This document shows, piece by piece, positions 44,537-54,386 of a stretch of 64,000 bases of DNA. The stretch's first letter is position 1. Every line of letters begins with the position of its first letter. Under the pieces are notes generated by a model. That model made no database searches, was not told the DNA's origin, and worked only from the letters and a program-made list of their open reading frames with translations. A program made the translations under genes and the position numbers. Origin of the DNA: Anaeromyxobacteraceae bacterium (lineage in GTDB: Bacteria; Myxococcota; Myxococcia; Myxococcales; Anaeromyxobacteraceae); contig JAULAX010000007.1 in the NCBI GenBank assembly GCA_032654565.1, positions 162,051 through 226,050 on the forward strand, in the 5' to 3' direction.

Positions 44537-44665
44537 GTGGGTGGGCTCCGGGGGCAGGGGCTCGAGCCGCCGAGGATATAGGTCCCCCGGCGCGGGGGTG
44601 TCAACGCGCCGGGGCCGGGGGGCCACCGGTTCCGGCGCGGCGGCCCGAAGCCTCGACCCTGCCCC

Positions 44666-45634
44666 TCAAGCCATGGTGATGACGACCTTGCCCAGGTGAT
44701 CTCCGGTGCCGAAGCGCCGCAGCGCCAGGTTTGCATCGGCGAGACGGAAGGGGCCGTCGATCACCGGCACGAGCTGCCCGGCCAGGAACAGCTCGCCCAG
44801 GTAGCCGAGGTCCTTGTTGGGCTTCAGCGCGACGATGCGCAGGTGCTTCTTGAGGAGCCGGCGAACCACCGGACCCAGGACCAGGATCTGCAGCAGGCGC
44901 AGCATGCTCCCGCCGACGGTGACGTAGGTGCCGCCGGGACGCAGGGCCCGCGCGTAGGCCCAGGGCGAACGGTTGGTCTTCACGTCGAGGATCAGGTCAT
45001 ACCGATCATCCCCGCTGGTGAAGTCCTCCCGGGTGAAGTCCACGACGTGGTCGGCGCCGAGGGCGCGCAGGAGGTCCAGCTTTCCGGGCCCATCGACCGC
45101 GGTCACCTCGACCCCGATCCGCCGGGCGATCTGCAGGGCGATGGTCCCGACGCCACCGCCCGCCCCGTTCAGGAGCAGCCTCTGACCCGGCCTCAGCCGG
45201 CCCAGGTCGATGAGGCCCTGCACCGCCAGCATGCCGGCCTGCGGGAGGCTGGCAGCCTGCACGAAGGTCATGCGGAGAGGCTTGTGGGCCAGGCTGGTCT
45301 CCGGCGCACAGACGTACTCCGCGAAGCCGCCAAAGCCGCTCCCGGACAGATCGCCGAAGACCGCATCGCCGACGCGGAACCTCGTCACCTGGCTCCCCAC
45401 CGCCGCCACGCGGCCGGAGACGTCACAGCCGAGGATCTTCACCCGGGGTGAGAGGAGACCGAACAGCAGGCGATCCACCAGCGAGGCGCCCTGGAGCATC
45501 CCCCAGTCCCAGTCGTTGACGGAGGCGGCATGCACTCGAACCAGGACTTCCTGTGGCCTGGGTGAAGGGGTGTCGATCTCCCTCCACGACAGCACGTCCG
45601 AGGTACCGTAGCGTTCCCTGGTCAGCGCCTTCAT
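44666..45634 (-). CDS. NAD(P)-dependent MDR-family oxidoreductase (quinone reductase/ADH-like)
   Basis: MKAL..YG, VLVRVHAASVN, GFAEY, NGAGGGVG, GKVVI; start at ATG 45634. Confidence 0.9.
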   Translation of the reverse strand: MKALTRERYGTSDVLSWREIDTPSPRPQEVLVRVHAASVNDWDWGMLQGASLVDRLLFGLLSPRVKILGCDVSGRVAAVGSQVTRFRVGDAVFGDLSGSGFGGFAEYVCAPETSLAHKPLRMTFVQAASLPQAGMLAVQGLIDLGRLRPGQRLLLNGAGGGVGTIALQIARRIGVEVTAVDGPGKLDLLRALGADHVVDFTREDFTSGDDRYDLILDVKTNRSPWAYARALRPGGTYVTVGGSMLRLLQILVLGPVVRRLLKKHLRIVALKPNKDLGYLGELFLAGQLVPVIDGPFRLADANLALRRFGTGDHLGKVVITMA

Positions 45635-45725
45635 GTGCGTGCGGGGCACGGGTGTCCACCGATCGTTCGAGCGGCCGGGGCACCATACGGCGAAGCGGTG
45701 CGACGGGGCCAGGCCCCGGTCCGCC

Positions 45726-46754
45726 TCACAGCAGCGAGAGCTGCCCTCGCGAGGGACGGCGGAAGGTGGTCGGGCCCGCCTCAGGCTCGGGCTGGTCGGC
45801 GCCGTCGGCAAGACCGGCCCGCCGCGCCGCGGCCCGGAAGAGGTCGTCGATGGCCTGGGCGTAGGGCCCCACGCCGCGCATGCGCACGCCGAACCGCCGG
45901 TCGTCGAGGGCGCCGCCGCGCACCTCGCGGATCCGGTGGAGCACCCGCTCGGCGCGCTCGGGGAGGGTGGCCCGCAGGCGCTCCTCGAAGACCTGGGCCG
46001 CCGAGCCGGGGAGCTTCAGGAGGAGCCAGGCGGCGCGGGTGGCGCCGGCCTCGCGGGCGGCGGTGAGGAGCCGCGCCAGGTCCTCGTCGTTGAGGCCGGG
46101 GATGACCGGCGCCAGCAGCACGCCACAGCGGACGCCGGCCGCCGAGAGCCGGCGCACCGTCTCCAGCCGGCGGGCCGGGGTGGCCACGCCCGGCTCCAGC
46201 GCTCGGGCGTGGATCGGGTCGAGGAACGGGATGGAGAGGGTCACCGAGAGCCGGGCCTCGGCAGAGAGCCGGGCGAGCAGGTCGAGGTCGCGCTCCAGCA
46301 GCGGCGCCTTGGTGACGATCGAGACCGGGTTGCGGTACTCGGCGCAGACCTCGAGGCAGGCGCGGGTGAGCCGCCAGCTGGCCTCGAGCGGCTGGTAGCA
46401 GTCGGTGTTGCCGGAGAAGGCGACGAGCTCGCCCTTCCAGGAGGGGCGGTCGAAGGCGGCGCGCAGCAGCGCCGCCGCGCGCGGCTTCACGGTGAGACGG
46501 GTCTCGAAGTCGCTGCCGGCCCCGAAGCCCAGGTACTCGTGGGTGGGCCGGGCGTAGCAGTAGGCGCAGGCGTGGCTGCAGCCGCGGTAGGGGTTGACGC
46601 TCCAGCGGAAGGGGACGTCGGGGCTGTCGTTGGGCGAGAGGATCTGGCGGGTGGCGTCCTCGTAGACCTCGAGCCGGGCCGGCGCCGGCTCCAGCCACTC
46701 CACGTCGGTGGAGAGCCAGGGGTTGGGCGGGTTGGAGACGGGGCGGGGCGGCAC
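45726..46754 (-). CDS. PA0069/Rv2578c-family radical SAM protein (SPL-like)
   Basis: NPYRGCSHACAYCYARP CxxxCxxC, TDCYQP.E, APVIPGLND, terminal QLSL. Confidence 0.9.
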   Translation of the reverse strand: MPPRPVSNPPNPWLSTDVEWLEPAPARLEVYEDATRQILSPNDSPDVPFRWSVNPYRGCSHACAYCYARPTHEYLGFGAGSDFETRLTVKPRAAALLRAAFDRPSWKGELVAFSGNTDCYQPLEASWRLTRACLEVCAEYRNPVSIVTKAPLLERDLDLLARLSAEARLSVTLSIPFLDPIHARALEPGVATPARRLETVRRLSAAGVRCGVLLAPVIPGLNDEDLARLLTAAREAGATRAAWLLLKLPGSAAQVFEERLRATLPERAERVLHRIREVRGGALDDRRFGVRMRGVGPYAQAIDDLFRAAARRAGLADGADQPEPEAGPTTFRRPSRGQLSLL

Positions 46755-46815
46755 CCCGGAGTCATGACCGGAACGGGCGTTCAGGTCAAGCGATTGGCCG
46801 GGGGGCTCCGCCGCG

Positions 46816-49800
46816 CTAGGCGGCGCTGGACTCGCGGGCCCGCTCGGAGAGCCGCACCGACACCAGCTTGGAGACGCCCGGCTCCTCCATGGTCACCCCG
46901 TAGAGCGTGTCGACCATCTCCATGGTCCGCTTGTTGTGGGTGATGAGGATGAACTGCGAGGTCGCGGACATCTCCCGGACGATGTCGTTGTAGCGGCCGA
47001 CGTTGGCATCGTCGAGCGGGGCGTCGACCTCGTCGAGCAGGCAGAACGGGGTCGGCTTGATGAGGAAGATGGCGAAGATGAGGGCCACCGCGGTGAGCGC
47101 CTTCTCGCCGCCGGAGAGCAGGTTGACGCTCTGCAGCTTCTTGCCTGGCGGCTGCGAGAAGATCTCCACGCCGGCCTCGCCGTCGCTGCCGTCGTCCTGG
47201 GTGAGCACCAGCCCGGCCCGGCCGCCGTTGAAGAGGCGGGGGAAGACCTGCTGGAACTTCTCGTTGACCCGGTCGAAGGTCTCGCGGAAGCGCTCCCGGC
47301 TGGCCCGGTTGATCTTGACGATGGCGGCCTTGAGGTCGGCCATCGAGCTCTCCAGGTCCGCCTTCTGGGCGGTCATGAAGCCGTGGCGCTGCGCCAGCTC
47401 GTCGTACTCCTCGATGGCGGTGAGGTTGATGGCCCCCATCCGCTCGGCCTGCCCCTTCAGCTCCTCGAGCCGCTCGCGCTCGGCCTCTCCGGGCGGCCGC
47501 TCCAGGTGGAAGCGGGACAGCTCGAGGCGGAGCTCGGCCTGGCAGCGCTCGCGGGTCTGCTCCTCGAGGTGGGCCAGCTCCAGCGCCTGCTCCCGGGCGG
47601 TCAGCGCCGAGGCGGAGAGCTCGGTGCGCAGCTCCTCGACGCGGGCGCGCAGGTCGCGCACCTCGGCCTCGCGGGCCCGGCCGCCGATCTGCAGCCCCTC
47701 GTGGACGCTGCGGGCGTCGGCGAGCTGGCCCTGCACCTGCGCCAGGTCGGCGCCCAGCCGGCCGAGGTCGACGCGGGTCCCCTCGACGCGGGCCCGCAGC
47801 TCGGCGGCGCGGGCGTTCTGCTCGGAGAGGGCCGCGAAGATGCGGGCGCGGCGCTCCTCCACCTCGCGGCGGGCGTCGTCGATGCGCCGCAGCGCCCCGC
47901 CGATCGACTCGCGCCGCTCCGAGTCGGCGGCCACCTTGACCTTCAGGTTGAGCACCTCGGCGGTGACCTGGTCGGCGCGGCCGCGCAGGCCGTCGAGCCG
48001 CTCCATGGCGGCGCGGGCCCGCTCCTCGCCGCGCGAGACCTCGGCCTCGGCGGTGGCGGCGGCCAGGCGGTGCTCCTCCTCCTCGCGGGCCAGGCCGGTG
48101 AGGCCGGACTCCAGCTGCGACCGCTCCAGCTCCAGCTGGCCCATGCGCAGCGCCACCCGCTCCAGTTCCTCGCCGAGCCGGGCCAGGTCCTTCTCCTGGT
48201 CGAGCAGGGCCAGCTCCTTGTCGCGGCCGTCCTTGTCGAGCGACTTGAGGGCGGCCTCGAGCTGCAGGAGGCGGGTCTGCAGGGTGCGGTGGCGCTCCTG
48301 GGCCAGGGCGAACTCGGCCTCGAAGGTGCGGACCGTCCCCTCCAGCTCCTGCACCTCGCGCCGCCGCTGCAGGGCGCCGTGCCCCTCGCCCTCGAGCGGC
48401 CCGCCGGTGACCACGCCGGAGGGATCGAGCACCTCGCCGTCGAGGGTCACCAGGGTGCGCTTGGGGTCGGAGGCCTGCCAGAGCTCCAGGGCCGAGGGCA
48501 GGTCGCGGACGATGAGGGCGTCGCCGAGGAGGAAGCGGACCACCTTGTCGTAGGAGGGCTCGTACTTGACCACGTCGATGGCGCTGGCGACCACCCCGGG
48601 GTGGCCGGCCATCTCCGGCAGCCACGCCGAGGCGTCCTGGAGCCGCGCCATGGGGATGAGCGAGGCCCGCCCCTCGGCGGCGGTCTTCAGGTAGTCGATG
48701 GCCTCGACCCCCTGGGAGTGGCTCTCGACGATGACGTACTGGAGCCGCTCGCCCAGCACCGCCTCGATGGCGTTCTCGAACTCCGGCGACGACGAGACCA
48801 CGTCGGCCACCAGGCCGAAGATGCCGCGATCGCGCCCCTCGCCCTGGCCGGCGCGGGTCATGATGGAGCGGACCCCGCGGCCGTAGCCCTCGTAGTTGCG
48901 CAGCACCTCGACCAGCGTCTGCAGGCGGGAGCGCTTGTCCTGCAGCTCCTCGCGCAGGGTGATGAGCTTGGCCTCGTTCTGGATGAACTCGGAGCGGGTC
49001 CGCTCCAGCAGCTCCTCCTGGGCGCCGCGCTGCTCCTCGAGCCGCAGCTTGAGCTGGCGGGTCTGCCCCAGCTTCTCGGCGTACTGCGAGCGCGAACCGT
49101 CGAGCCGGGTGGTCCGCTCGGCCAGGTCGCCGGCCTCGCCCAGGAGGCGCTGGTGGCGGGACTTCAGGTCGAGCCGCTGCCGCTCGATCTGGGCCAGCTG
49201 GCTCCGGTGACCGGTGGCCAGGTTGAGCGCCGCGGCGGCGTCGGCGCGGGCGGCGTCGGCCTCGCCCTGGGCCTGGCCCTGGCCCCGGCCCAGCTCGCGG
49301 ATGGCCACCTCGGCCTCGCCGAGGCGGGCGTCGTCGGCGCTGGAGAGCGAGGTGAGATCGTCCCGCTGGCGCAGCAGCGCCTCGCGCTCGGCGGCCAGCC
49401 CCTCGGCCTGCCCCTTGAGCGCCTCGACCTCGGTGGCCTGGGCCTGGGTGCGCTCGCCGATCTGCCCGAGCTCCCGCCCGGCGGCCTCCACCGAGACTTC
49501 TGAGACGCGCGCCGCGCTGGAGAGCTCGTGCTCCCGCCCGATCAGGTCGTTGAGCCGCGCCTCGCTCTCGGCGAGCCGGCTGCGGTCCACCTCGGCGGCC
49601 GCCTCCAGCTCGACGAGGCGGGCCGCCAGCTCCGCCTCCTCGACCTTGGCGGTGGCGTGGCGCTCCTCGGCGGCGCGGCGGGTGGCGGTCAGCTCGAGGT
49701 AGCGGGCGGCGGCGGCGGCCAGCTCCAGCTCGCGGATCTGCCCCTTGAGCCCGCGGTACTTCTCGGCCCGGCGGGCCTGGCGGTTGAGGCTCTCCAGCTG

Positions 49801-50412
49801 CTTGCCCAGCTCCTGCACCAGGTCGGCGACCCGGGTGAGGTTCTGGTGGGTGGCCTCCATCTTCCGCTCGGCCGCCTCGCGCCGCTTCTTGTACTTGGTG
49901 ATGCCGGCGGCCTCCTCGATGATGGCGCGCCGGTCCTCGGGACGGGCCGAGACGATCTGGCCGATGCGCCCCTGCTCGACGATGGAGTAGGCGGTGCGGC
50001 CGATGCCGGAGCCGAAGAAGATGTCGTTGACGTCGAGGAGCCGGGCCGTGACGCCGTTGACCAGGTACTCCGACTCGCCGCTGCGGTAGAGGCGGCGCCC
50101 CACGGTGATCTCGCCGAAGCCCTGGTACTGGGCCGGCAGCTCGGAGGGGCGGTCGTTGATGAAGGTGAGGATCACCTCGGCGATGGAGAGCGGCGGCTTG
50201 GTCTCCGAGCCATTGAAGATCACGTCCTCCATGGAGCGGCCGCGCAGCTGACGGGCCGACTGCTCGCCGAGGACCCAGCGGATGGCGTCGGCGACGTTCG
50301 ACTTGCCGCAGCCGTTCGGACCGACCACGCCGGTGACGCCGTCGTCGAAGACGACCACCGTCCGGTCCATGAACGACTTGAAGCCGACCACGTCGAGCCG
50401 CCTGATTCTCAT
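46816..50412 (-). CDS. smc: Chromosome segregation protein SMC
   Basis: GFKSF, GPNGCGKSN, hinge domain, LSGGEK, LDEVDAPLD; start at ATG 50412. Confidence 0.97.
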   Translation of the reverse strand: MRIRRLDVVGFKSFMDRTVVVFDDGVTGVVGPNGCGKSNVADAIRWVLGEQSARQLRGRSMEDVIFNGSETKPPLSIAEVILTFINDRPSELPAQYQGFGEITVGRRLYRSGESEYLVNGVTARLLDVNDIFFGSGIGRTAYSIVEQGRIGQIVSARPEDRRAIIEEAAGITKYKKRREAAERKMEATHQNLTRVADLVQELGKQLESLNRQARRAEKYRGLKGQIRELELAAAAARYLELTATRRAAEERHATAKVEEAELAARLVELEAAAEVDRSRLAESEARLNDLIGREHELSSAARVSEVSVEAAGRELGQIGERTQAQATEVEALKGQAEGLAAEREALLRQRDDLTSLSSADDARLGEAEVAIRELGRGQGQAQGEADAARADAAAALNLATGHRSQLAQIERQRLDLKSRHQRLLGEAGDLAERTTRLDGSRSQYAEKLGQTRQLKLRLEEQRGAQEELLERTRSEFIQNEAKLITLREELQDKRSRLQTLVEVLRNYEGYGRGVRSIMTRAGQGEGRDRGIFGLVADVVSSSPEFENAIEAVLGERLQYVIVESHSQGVEAIDYLKTAAEGRASLIPMARLQDASAWLPEMAGHPGVVASAIDVVKYEPSYDKVVRFLLGDALIVRDLPSALELWQASDPKRTLVTLDGEVLDPSGVVTGGPLEGEGHGALQRRREVQELEGTVRTFEAEFALAQERHRTLQTRLLQLEAALKSLDKDGRDKELALLDQEKDLARLGEELERVALRMGQLELERSQLESGLTGLAREEEEHRLAAATAEAEVSRGEERARAAMERLDGLRGRADQVTAEVLNLKVKVAADSERRESIGGALRRIDDARREVEERRARIFAALSEQNARAAELRARVEGTRVDLGRLGADLAQVQGQLADARSVHEGLQIGGRAREAEVRDLRARVEELRTELSASALTAREQALELAHLEEQTRERCQAELRLELSRFHLERPPGEAERERLEELKGQAERMGAINLTAIEEYDELAQRHGFMTAQKADLESSMADLKAAIVKINRASRERFRETFDRVNEKFQQVFPRLFNGGRAGLVLTQDDGSDGEAGVEIFSQPPGKKLQSVNLLSGGEKALTAVALIFAIFLIKPTPFCLLDEVDAPLDDANVGRYNDIVREMSATSQFILITHNKRTMEMVDTLYGVTMEEPGVSKLVSVRLSERARESSAA

Positions 50413-50622
50413 GCCCACGGCGATATCACGCCCCCCGGCGGGATTCAATACAAGCCGTTGATCACGCTGGGGATTCCCGGGAACTTGACAGCCCACCGGA
50501 GCGCTCCCAGAGGAATTCGCCCATCGTTCCGGCGCGTTACGTGACACGCCATGTAGCGTCAGCGTCCCGGAGGCGGTCCCCCTTTTTCCCAGCGGGCCCG
50601 GCAGCGACTACACTCGGCGCCG

Positions 50623-53103
50623 ATGCGTCTCCTCGGCCCGCTGCTCCGCAACGTCGCCCTCTCCCTGGCGCTGGTGGCGCTCCTCGACTGGTGGTTGGGC
50701 AGCTCGTCCCTGCCGCTCACCCCGGACCAGGTCGAGGTGCTGGGGATCACCTTCGCCGTCGGCTGGGTCATCCAGGTGCTGCTGGTCGGCGCGGCGCTGA
50801 CCTCGCTGACCCGGCCGCTGCGTCGGGCGCTGGCGGTGGCCGACGCCTCCATCGACGCCGAGGCCGAGGCGGTGGCCCTGGCGACGGCGGCCCACCGCAT
50901 CCCCGCGGGTGGGGCGCTGGTGGCCGCGGTGGCGGGGAGCCTGGTGGCCGGCGGCGGGGTGGTGGTGATGCGCCAGGCGAGCCTCCCCTACGACCTGGCC
51001 ATGGCCGAGGCCGGCGTGGGGGTGGCCACCGCCATCCTCGGCGCCATGGCCGTCTATGCGCTCTGCGCTTCCACGGTGGCGGCGGCGCTGGAACGGCTGG
51101 GCCCCCGGGCCGAGGGCGGGCTGCGCGGCACCGTGCGCGCCAAGATCCTGCTGGTCTCCTTCGGCCTCAACACCGTCGGCCTGCTGCTCTTCGCCGCCAC
51201 CGGCTACGTGCACTACCGGGTCGACATCGACGAAGAGTACGTGGCGACGGCGCAGCGCTCCCAGCAGAGCGCGCTGCGGCACCAGGCCGGGCGCTCCGGC
51301 GCCGCGCTGCTGGAGGAGGTCTGGTCGGTGACCGCCGCTCCCTCGGCGCTCCTCGGCCCCGGAGGCGCCGTCGAGGCACGCCATGGCCCCGGCGACGCCC
51401 CGTTCTCCAGAGCCGGGCACGGGCCCGGCACGGTCCGGGTCGCCGACGGCTGGATGGTGGGCTCACGCGCGCCCGGCGGCGGGCTGGTGGTGAGCTGGCT
51501 CTCGGAGGCACCCCTGCGCGAACGGCGGCGCGCCTACTGGACCTCGCTGGTCTCGACCAGCCTCTTCGTCTACCTGGCCACGGCGCTGATGGCCTTCGTG
51601 GCCTCCCGCACCATCACCAACCCCCTGCGCGCCCTGGGCCGGGCCGCGGGGCGCATCGCCTCCGGGGACCTGACCACCACCCCCTCGGCCACCTCGCGCG
51701 ACGAGGTCGGCCTGCTGGCCAACGACTTCCGGCGGATGGCCGAGGGCTTGAAGGTGCTGGTGGTCGACGTGCAGGCCGCCAGCCAGGGGGTCTCGCTCGG
51801 CGCCCGCGAGGCCGGCGCCATCGGGGACCGGGTCCGCCACGGGGCGCTCGGCCAGCACGGCGGCGTGGTGGCGGTGCAGGCGGCGGTGGAGGCCATGGAG
51901 GGCTCGGTGGCCCAGGTCTCGCGGGGGGTCGGGTCGCTCTCGGACTACGTCTCGGCCACCACCACGGCCGTCGGCGAGATGGCGGCGGCGCTCGAGGAGG
52001 TGCGGCGCAAGGGGGCGGAGCTGGACCGGACCATGGACACCGCCCTCGAGGACGTCGATCACCTGGCGGGGGCGGGTCGGGAGGCGGAGGCGACGCTGGG
52101 GGAGCTGGAGACGCTGGCCGGCCACGCCACCGGGACGCTGGCCGCGGTCAAGGCCTCGATGGCGGCGCTGGAGCGGGCTGCCTCCGAGAGCCAGGCCAAC
52201 GCCGGCCTGGTGGCCGAGATGGCGGAGCGGTCGGGCGGCGTGGTGGAGGAGACGGTGGTCGGCATCGAGACACTGCGCTCCGCGGTCTCCGACGCCCACG
52301 CCCGGATCGCCGCCCTGGGGCGCCGCTCCGACGACATCGACCAGGTGGTGGACTTCATCTCCGAGGTGGCGGGGCGGACCAACCTGCTCTCGCTCAACGC
52401 CTCGATCATCGCCTCGCAGGCCGGGGAGCACGGCAAGGCCTTCGCCGTGGTGGCCGACCAGATCCGTGACCTGGCGGCGCAGATCGCCCGCTCGACGAAG
52501 TCGATCGGCGACATCATCAACGCCGTGAGAGAGGACGTGCGGGCGACGGCGGCGCTCATCGACCGCGGCGACGCGCTGGCGGTGGAGGGGGTGCAGCTGG
52601 CGCGGAACTCGCTCGAGGCGCTGGGGGAGATCCGGCGCACCACGGCGCTGGGGACGAGGGCGGCGGGGGAGATCCGGGCGGCCGTCGAGGTCCACTCGGG
52701 GTCCTCGCGGGACCTGGCGGACCTGGTCGAGTCGGTGGCCAGCGGCTCCAAGGCGGTCACCGGCGCGGTGCAGCTGGTGGGGCGGAGCGTGGCGGCGGTG
52801 GGCTCGGTGTCGCGGAGCGTCAACGCGCTGGCCGAGCAGGTGGCGCGGGCGCTGGAGGAGCAGGTCGGGCAGGGGCGGCGGCAGATGGAGAACCTGGCCA
52901 GGCTGGAGCGGATGATCAGCGACATCTCGCGGGCCGTGGAGGCGCACAACCACGCCACGCGCCGGGTGCGCGAGTCGCTCGGCGACCTCTCGACGACCGC
53001 GGGAGACCACGAGCAGGCGGTGGAGGGGCTGACCGGGGTCGCCGATCGGATCGGCGCGCGGGCCAGGGAGCTGGCCGAGCGGGTAGGGCGGTTCAGGGTC
53101 TGA
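50623..53103 (+). CDS. Methyl-accepting chemotaxis protein (multi-TM, HAMP, long cytoplasmic domain)
   Basis: DEVGLLA HAMP motif; TNLLSLNASIIASQAGEHGKAFAVVADQIRDLA signalling tip. Confidence 0.92.
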   Translation: MRLLGPLLRNVALSLALVALLDWWLGSSSLPLTPDQVEVLGITFAVGWVIQVLLVGAALTSLTRPLRRALAVADASIDAEAEAVALATAAHRIPAGGALVAAVAGSLVAGGGVVVMRQASLPYDLAMAEAGVGVATAILGAMAVYALCASTVAAALERLGPRAEGGLRGTVRAKILLVSFGLNTVGLLLFAATGYVHYRVDIDEEYVATAQRSQQSALRHQAGRSGAALLEEVWSVTAAPSALLGPGGAVEARHGPGDAPFSRAGHGPGTVRVADGWMVGSRAPGGGLVVSWLSEAPLRERRRAYWTSLVSTSLFVYLATALMAFVASRTITNPLRALGRAAGRIASGDLTTTPSATSRDEVGLLANDFRRMAEGLKVLVVDVQAASQGVSLGAREAGAIGDRVRHGALGQHGGVVAVQAAVEAMEGSVAQVSRGVGSLSDYVSATTTAVGEMAAALEEVRRKGAELDRTMDTALEDVDHLAGAGREAEATLGELETLAGHATGTLAAVKASMAALERAASESQANAGLVAEMAERSGGVVEETVVGIETLRSAVSDAHARIAALGRRSDDIDQVVDFISEVAGRTNLLSLNASIIASQAGEHGKAFAVVADQIRDLAAQIARSTKSIGDIINAVREDVRATAALIDRGDALAVEGVQLARNSLEALGEIRRTTALGTRAAGEIRAAVEVHSGSSRDLADLVESVASGSKAVTGAVQLVGRSVAAVGSVSRSVNALAEQVARALEEQVGQGRRQMENLARLERMISDISRAVEAHNHATRRVRESLGDLSTTAGDHEQAVEGLTGVADRIGARARELAERVGRFRV

Positions 53104-53373
53104 GATTGCTTCTCCCGTCCGAGAGTAGTTGGGCCAAGTTCACGTTCTCGGCATCGGGCGCCCGCCCGCAGGGTAGGGAGGCGTGGCGGCAGAGGCCGGC
53201 AAGGAGTCCCTGCCGGGGAGGAGAGGCGTCCAAGCAGGACTCAGAGGCGCCCGGATATCATCCAGCCACCAGTCGTGCGGCGCCTTCGGCCGTCCCCAGG
53301 CAGTCCCCGACCGCGGCCGGAGACGACTGACGTGGTGACGAGGCTGAGTGGGGGAAGCTGACGGGGTGGTGAG

Positions 53374-54276
53374 TCAGCCAGGGGCGAGGCAGGGGGCGCG
53401 GTGGAGGACGCGCATGAGGTAGGTGCCGGCGGGGAAGAGGACGCCGGAGGAGCCGGCCCGCCAGCGGTCGAAGGCGCGGCGGTAGTCCTGGATGAAGGAG
53501 CCGAGGGCGCGGAGGGCCTGGACGCGACGCCAGGTGTCGTGGCTGGCGACGCGCGGGTTGAGCCCTCCGAGGGGCTCCCTGGTGGGAGGCCTGTCGAAGG
53601 GGCGCTGTGCGAGCACGCGCTGGACGCCGAGGAAGCCACGCCCGCGCGAGGCGAGGTGGGCAGAGGCGGCTTGCTCCCGGTCGGCGAGGGCGGCGTGGAG
53701 GGAGCGGCGGAAGTGGGCCGGAGAGTCGAAGCCCGTGGGGATGACGAGCCGCAGGGAGGCCCGGTCGGGAAGGGACCCCTGGCCGGCCCGCCGGAAGAAG
53801 GAGGAGGGCCTGGCGAACTCGAGGGGCGCGGCGCCCATCTGGTCCGGGGCGGACCAGAGCCCCGGCCAGAGCCGTCCGCGGCGGACCAGGCCGGCCTTGA
53901 CCGGGTTGGCGAGGGTGTAGGCGACCTTGTCGAGGACGTCGGCCGGGGACTGCAGGGCGACGGCGCTGAAGGTGGGCGGCCCCCAGAAGTACTCCTGGCG
54001 CCCCAGCATGGCGTTCATGGAGCGGCCGATGAGCGAGTCGAGGAACCTGCCGAAGGCGGGGAGGCAGGCGTCGGGGTCGGTGACCACGAGGTGGAGGTGG
54101 TTGGACATCACGCAGAAGGCGTGGACCTCGACGTGGAAGCGCTCGGCGGCGACGGCGAGGAGGAAGCCGACGAGCTGGTTGGTGGCCTTCGAGGGGCGCA
54201 GGAAGAACTGCCGGTTCAGGCACCGGCGGGTGATGAGGTAGGTGGTGCCCGGGAGCACCTGGCGTGGCGCGGTCAT
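53374..54276 (-). CDS. REP-associated/IS200-superfamily tyrosine transposase (HUH, Y1)
   Basis: TYLITRRC, FCVMSNHLHLV (HUH), YTLANPVKAGLV (catalytic Tyr), C-terminal FPAGTY. Confidence 0.88.
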   Translation of the reverse strand: MTAPRQVLPGTTYLITRRCLNRQFFLRPSKATNQLVGFLLAVAAERFHVEVHAFCVMSNHLHLVVTDPDACLPAFGRFLDSLIGRSMNAMLGRQEYFWGPPTFSAVALQSPADVLDKVAYTLANPVKAGLVRRGRLWPGLWSAPDQMGAAPLEFARPSSFFRRAGQGSLPDRASLRLVIPTGFDSPAHFRRSLHAALADREQAASAHLASRGRGFLGVQRVLAQRPFDRPPTREPLGGLNPRVASHDTWRRVQALRALGSFIQDYRRAFDRWRAGSSGVLFPAGTYLMRVLHRAPCLAPG

Positions 54277-54291
54277 GGCCTGGGGCTACAT

Positions 54292-54307
54292 CGCAGGACC
54301 CGTGCCA
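54292..54307 (-). promoter_or_regulatory. sigma54-type promoter immediately upstream of the transposase
   Basis: TGGCACGGGTCCTGCG (GG-N10-GC) ending 15 nt before the ATG. Confidence 0.6.
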
Positions 54308-54386
54308 ATGCCTCCGCTCGCGATTCCGGCCACTTGCCTCACCGCCGCCCACCCCACCCCGGCCGTCCCGCGGACCTTGGTCCGCC

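Noticed and set aside
50530..50550. parS-like site upstream of smc (GCGTTACGTGACACG)
   Set aside because: Only the ACGT core and a few flanking bases match the 16-bp parS palindrome
53106..53330. 74-aa ORF inside the element's left arm
   Set aside because: TTG start, no RBS, no motif or typical codon pattern; more likely non-coding element sequence
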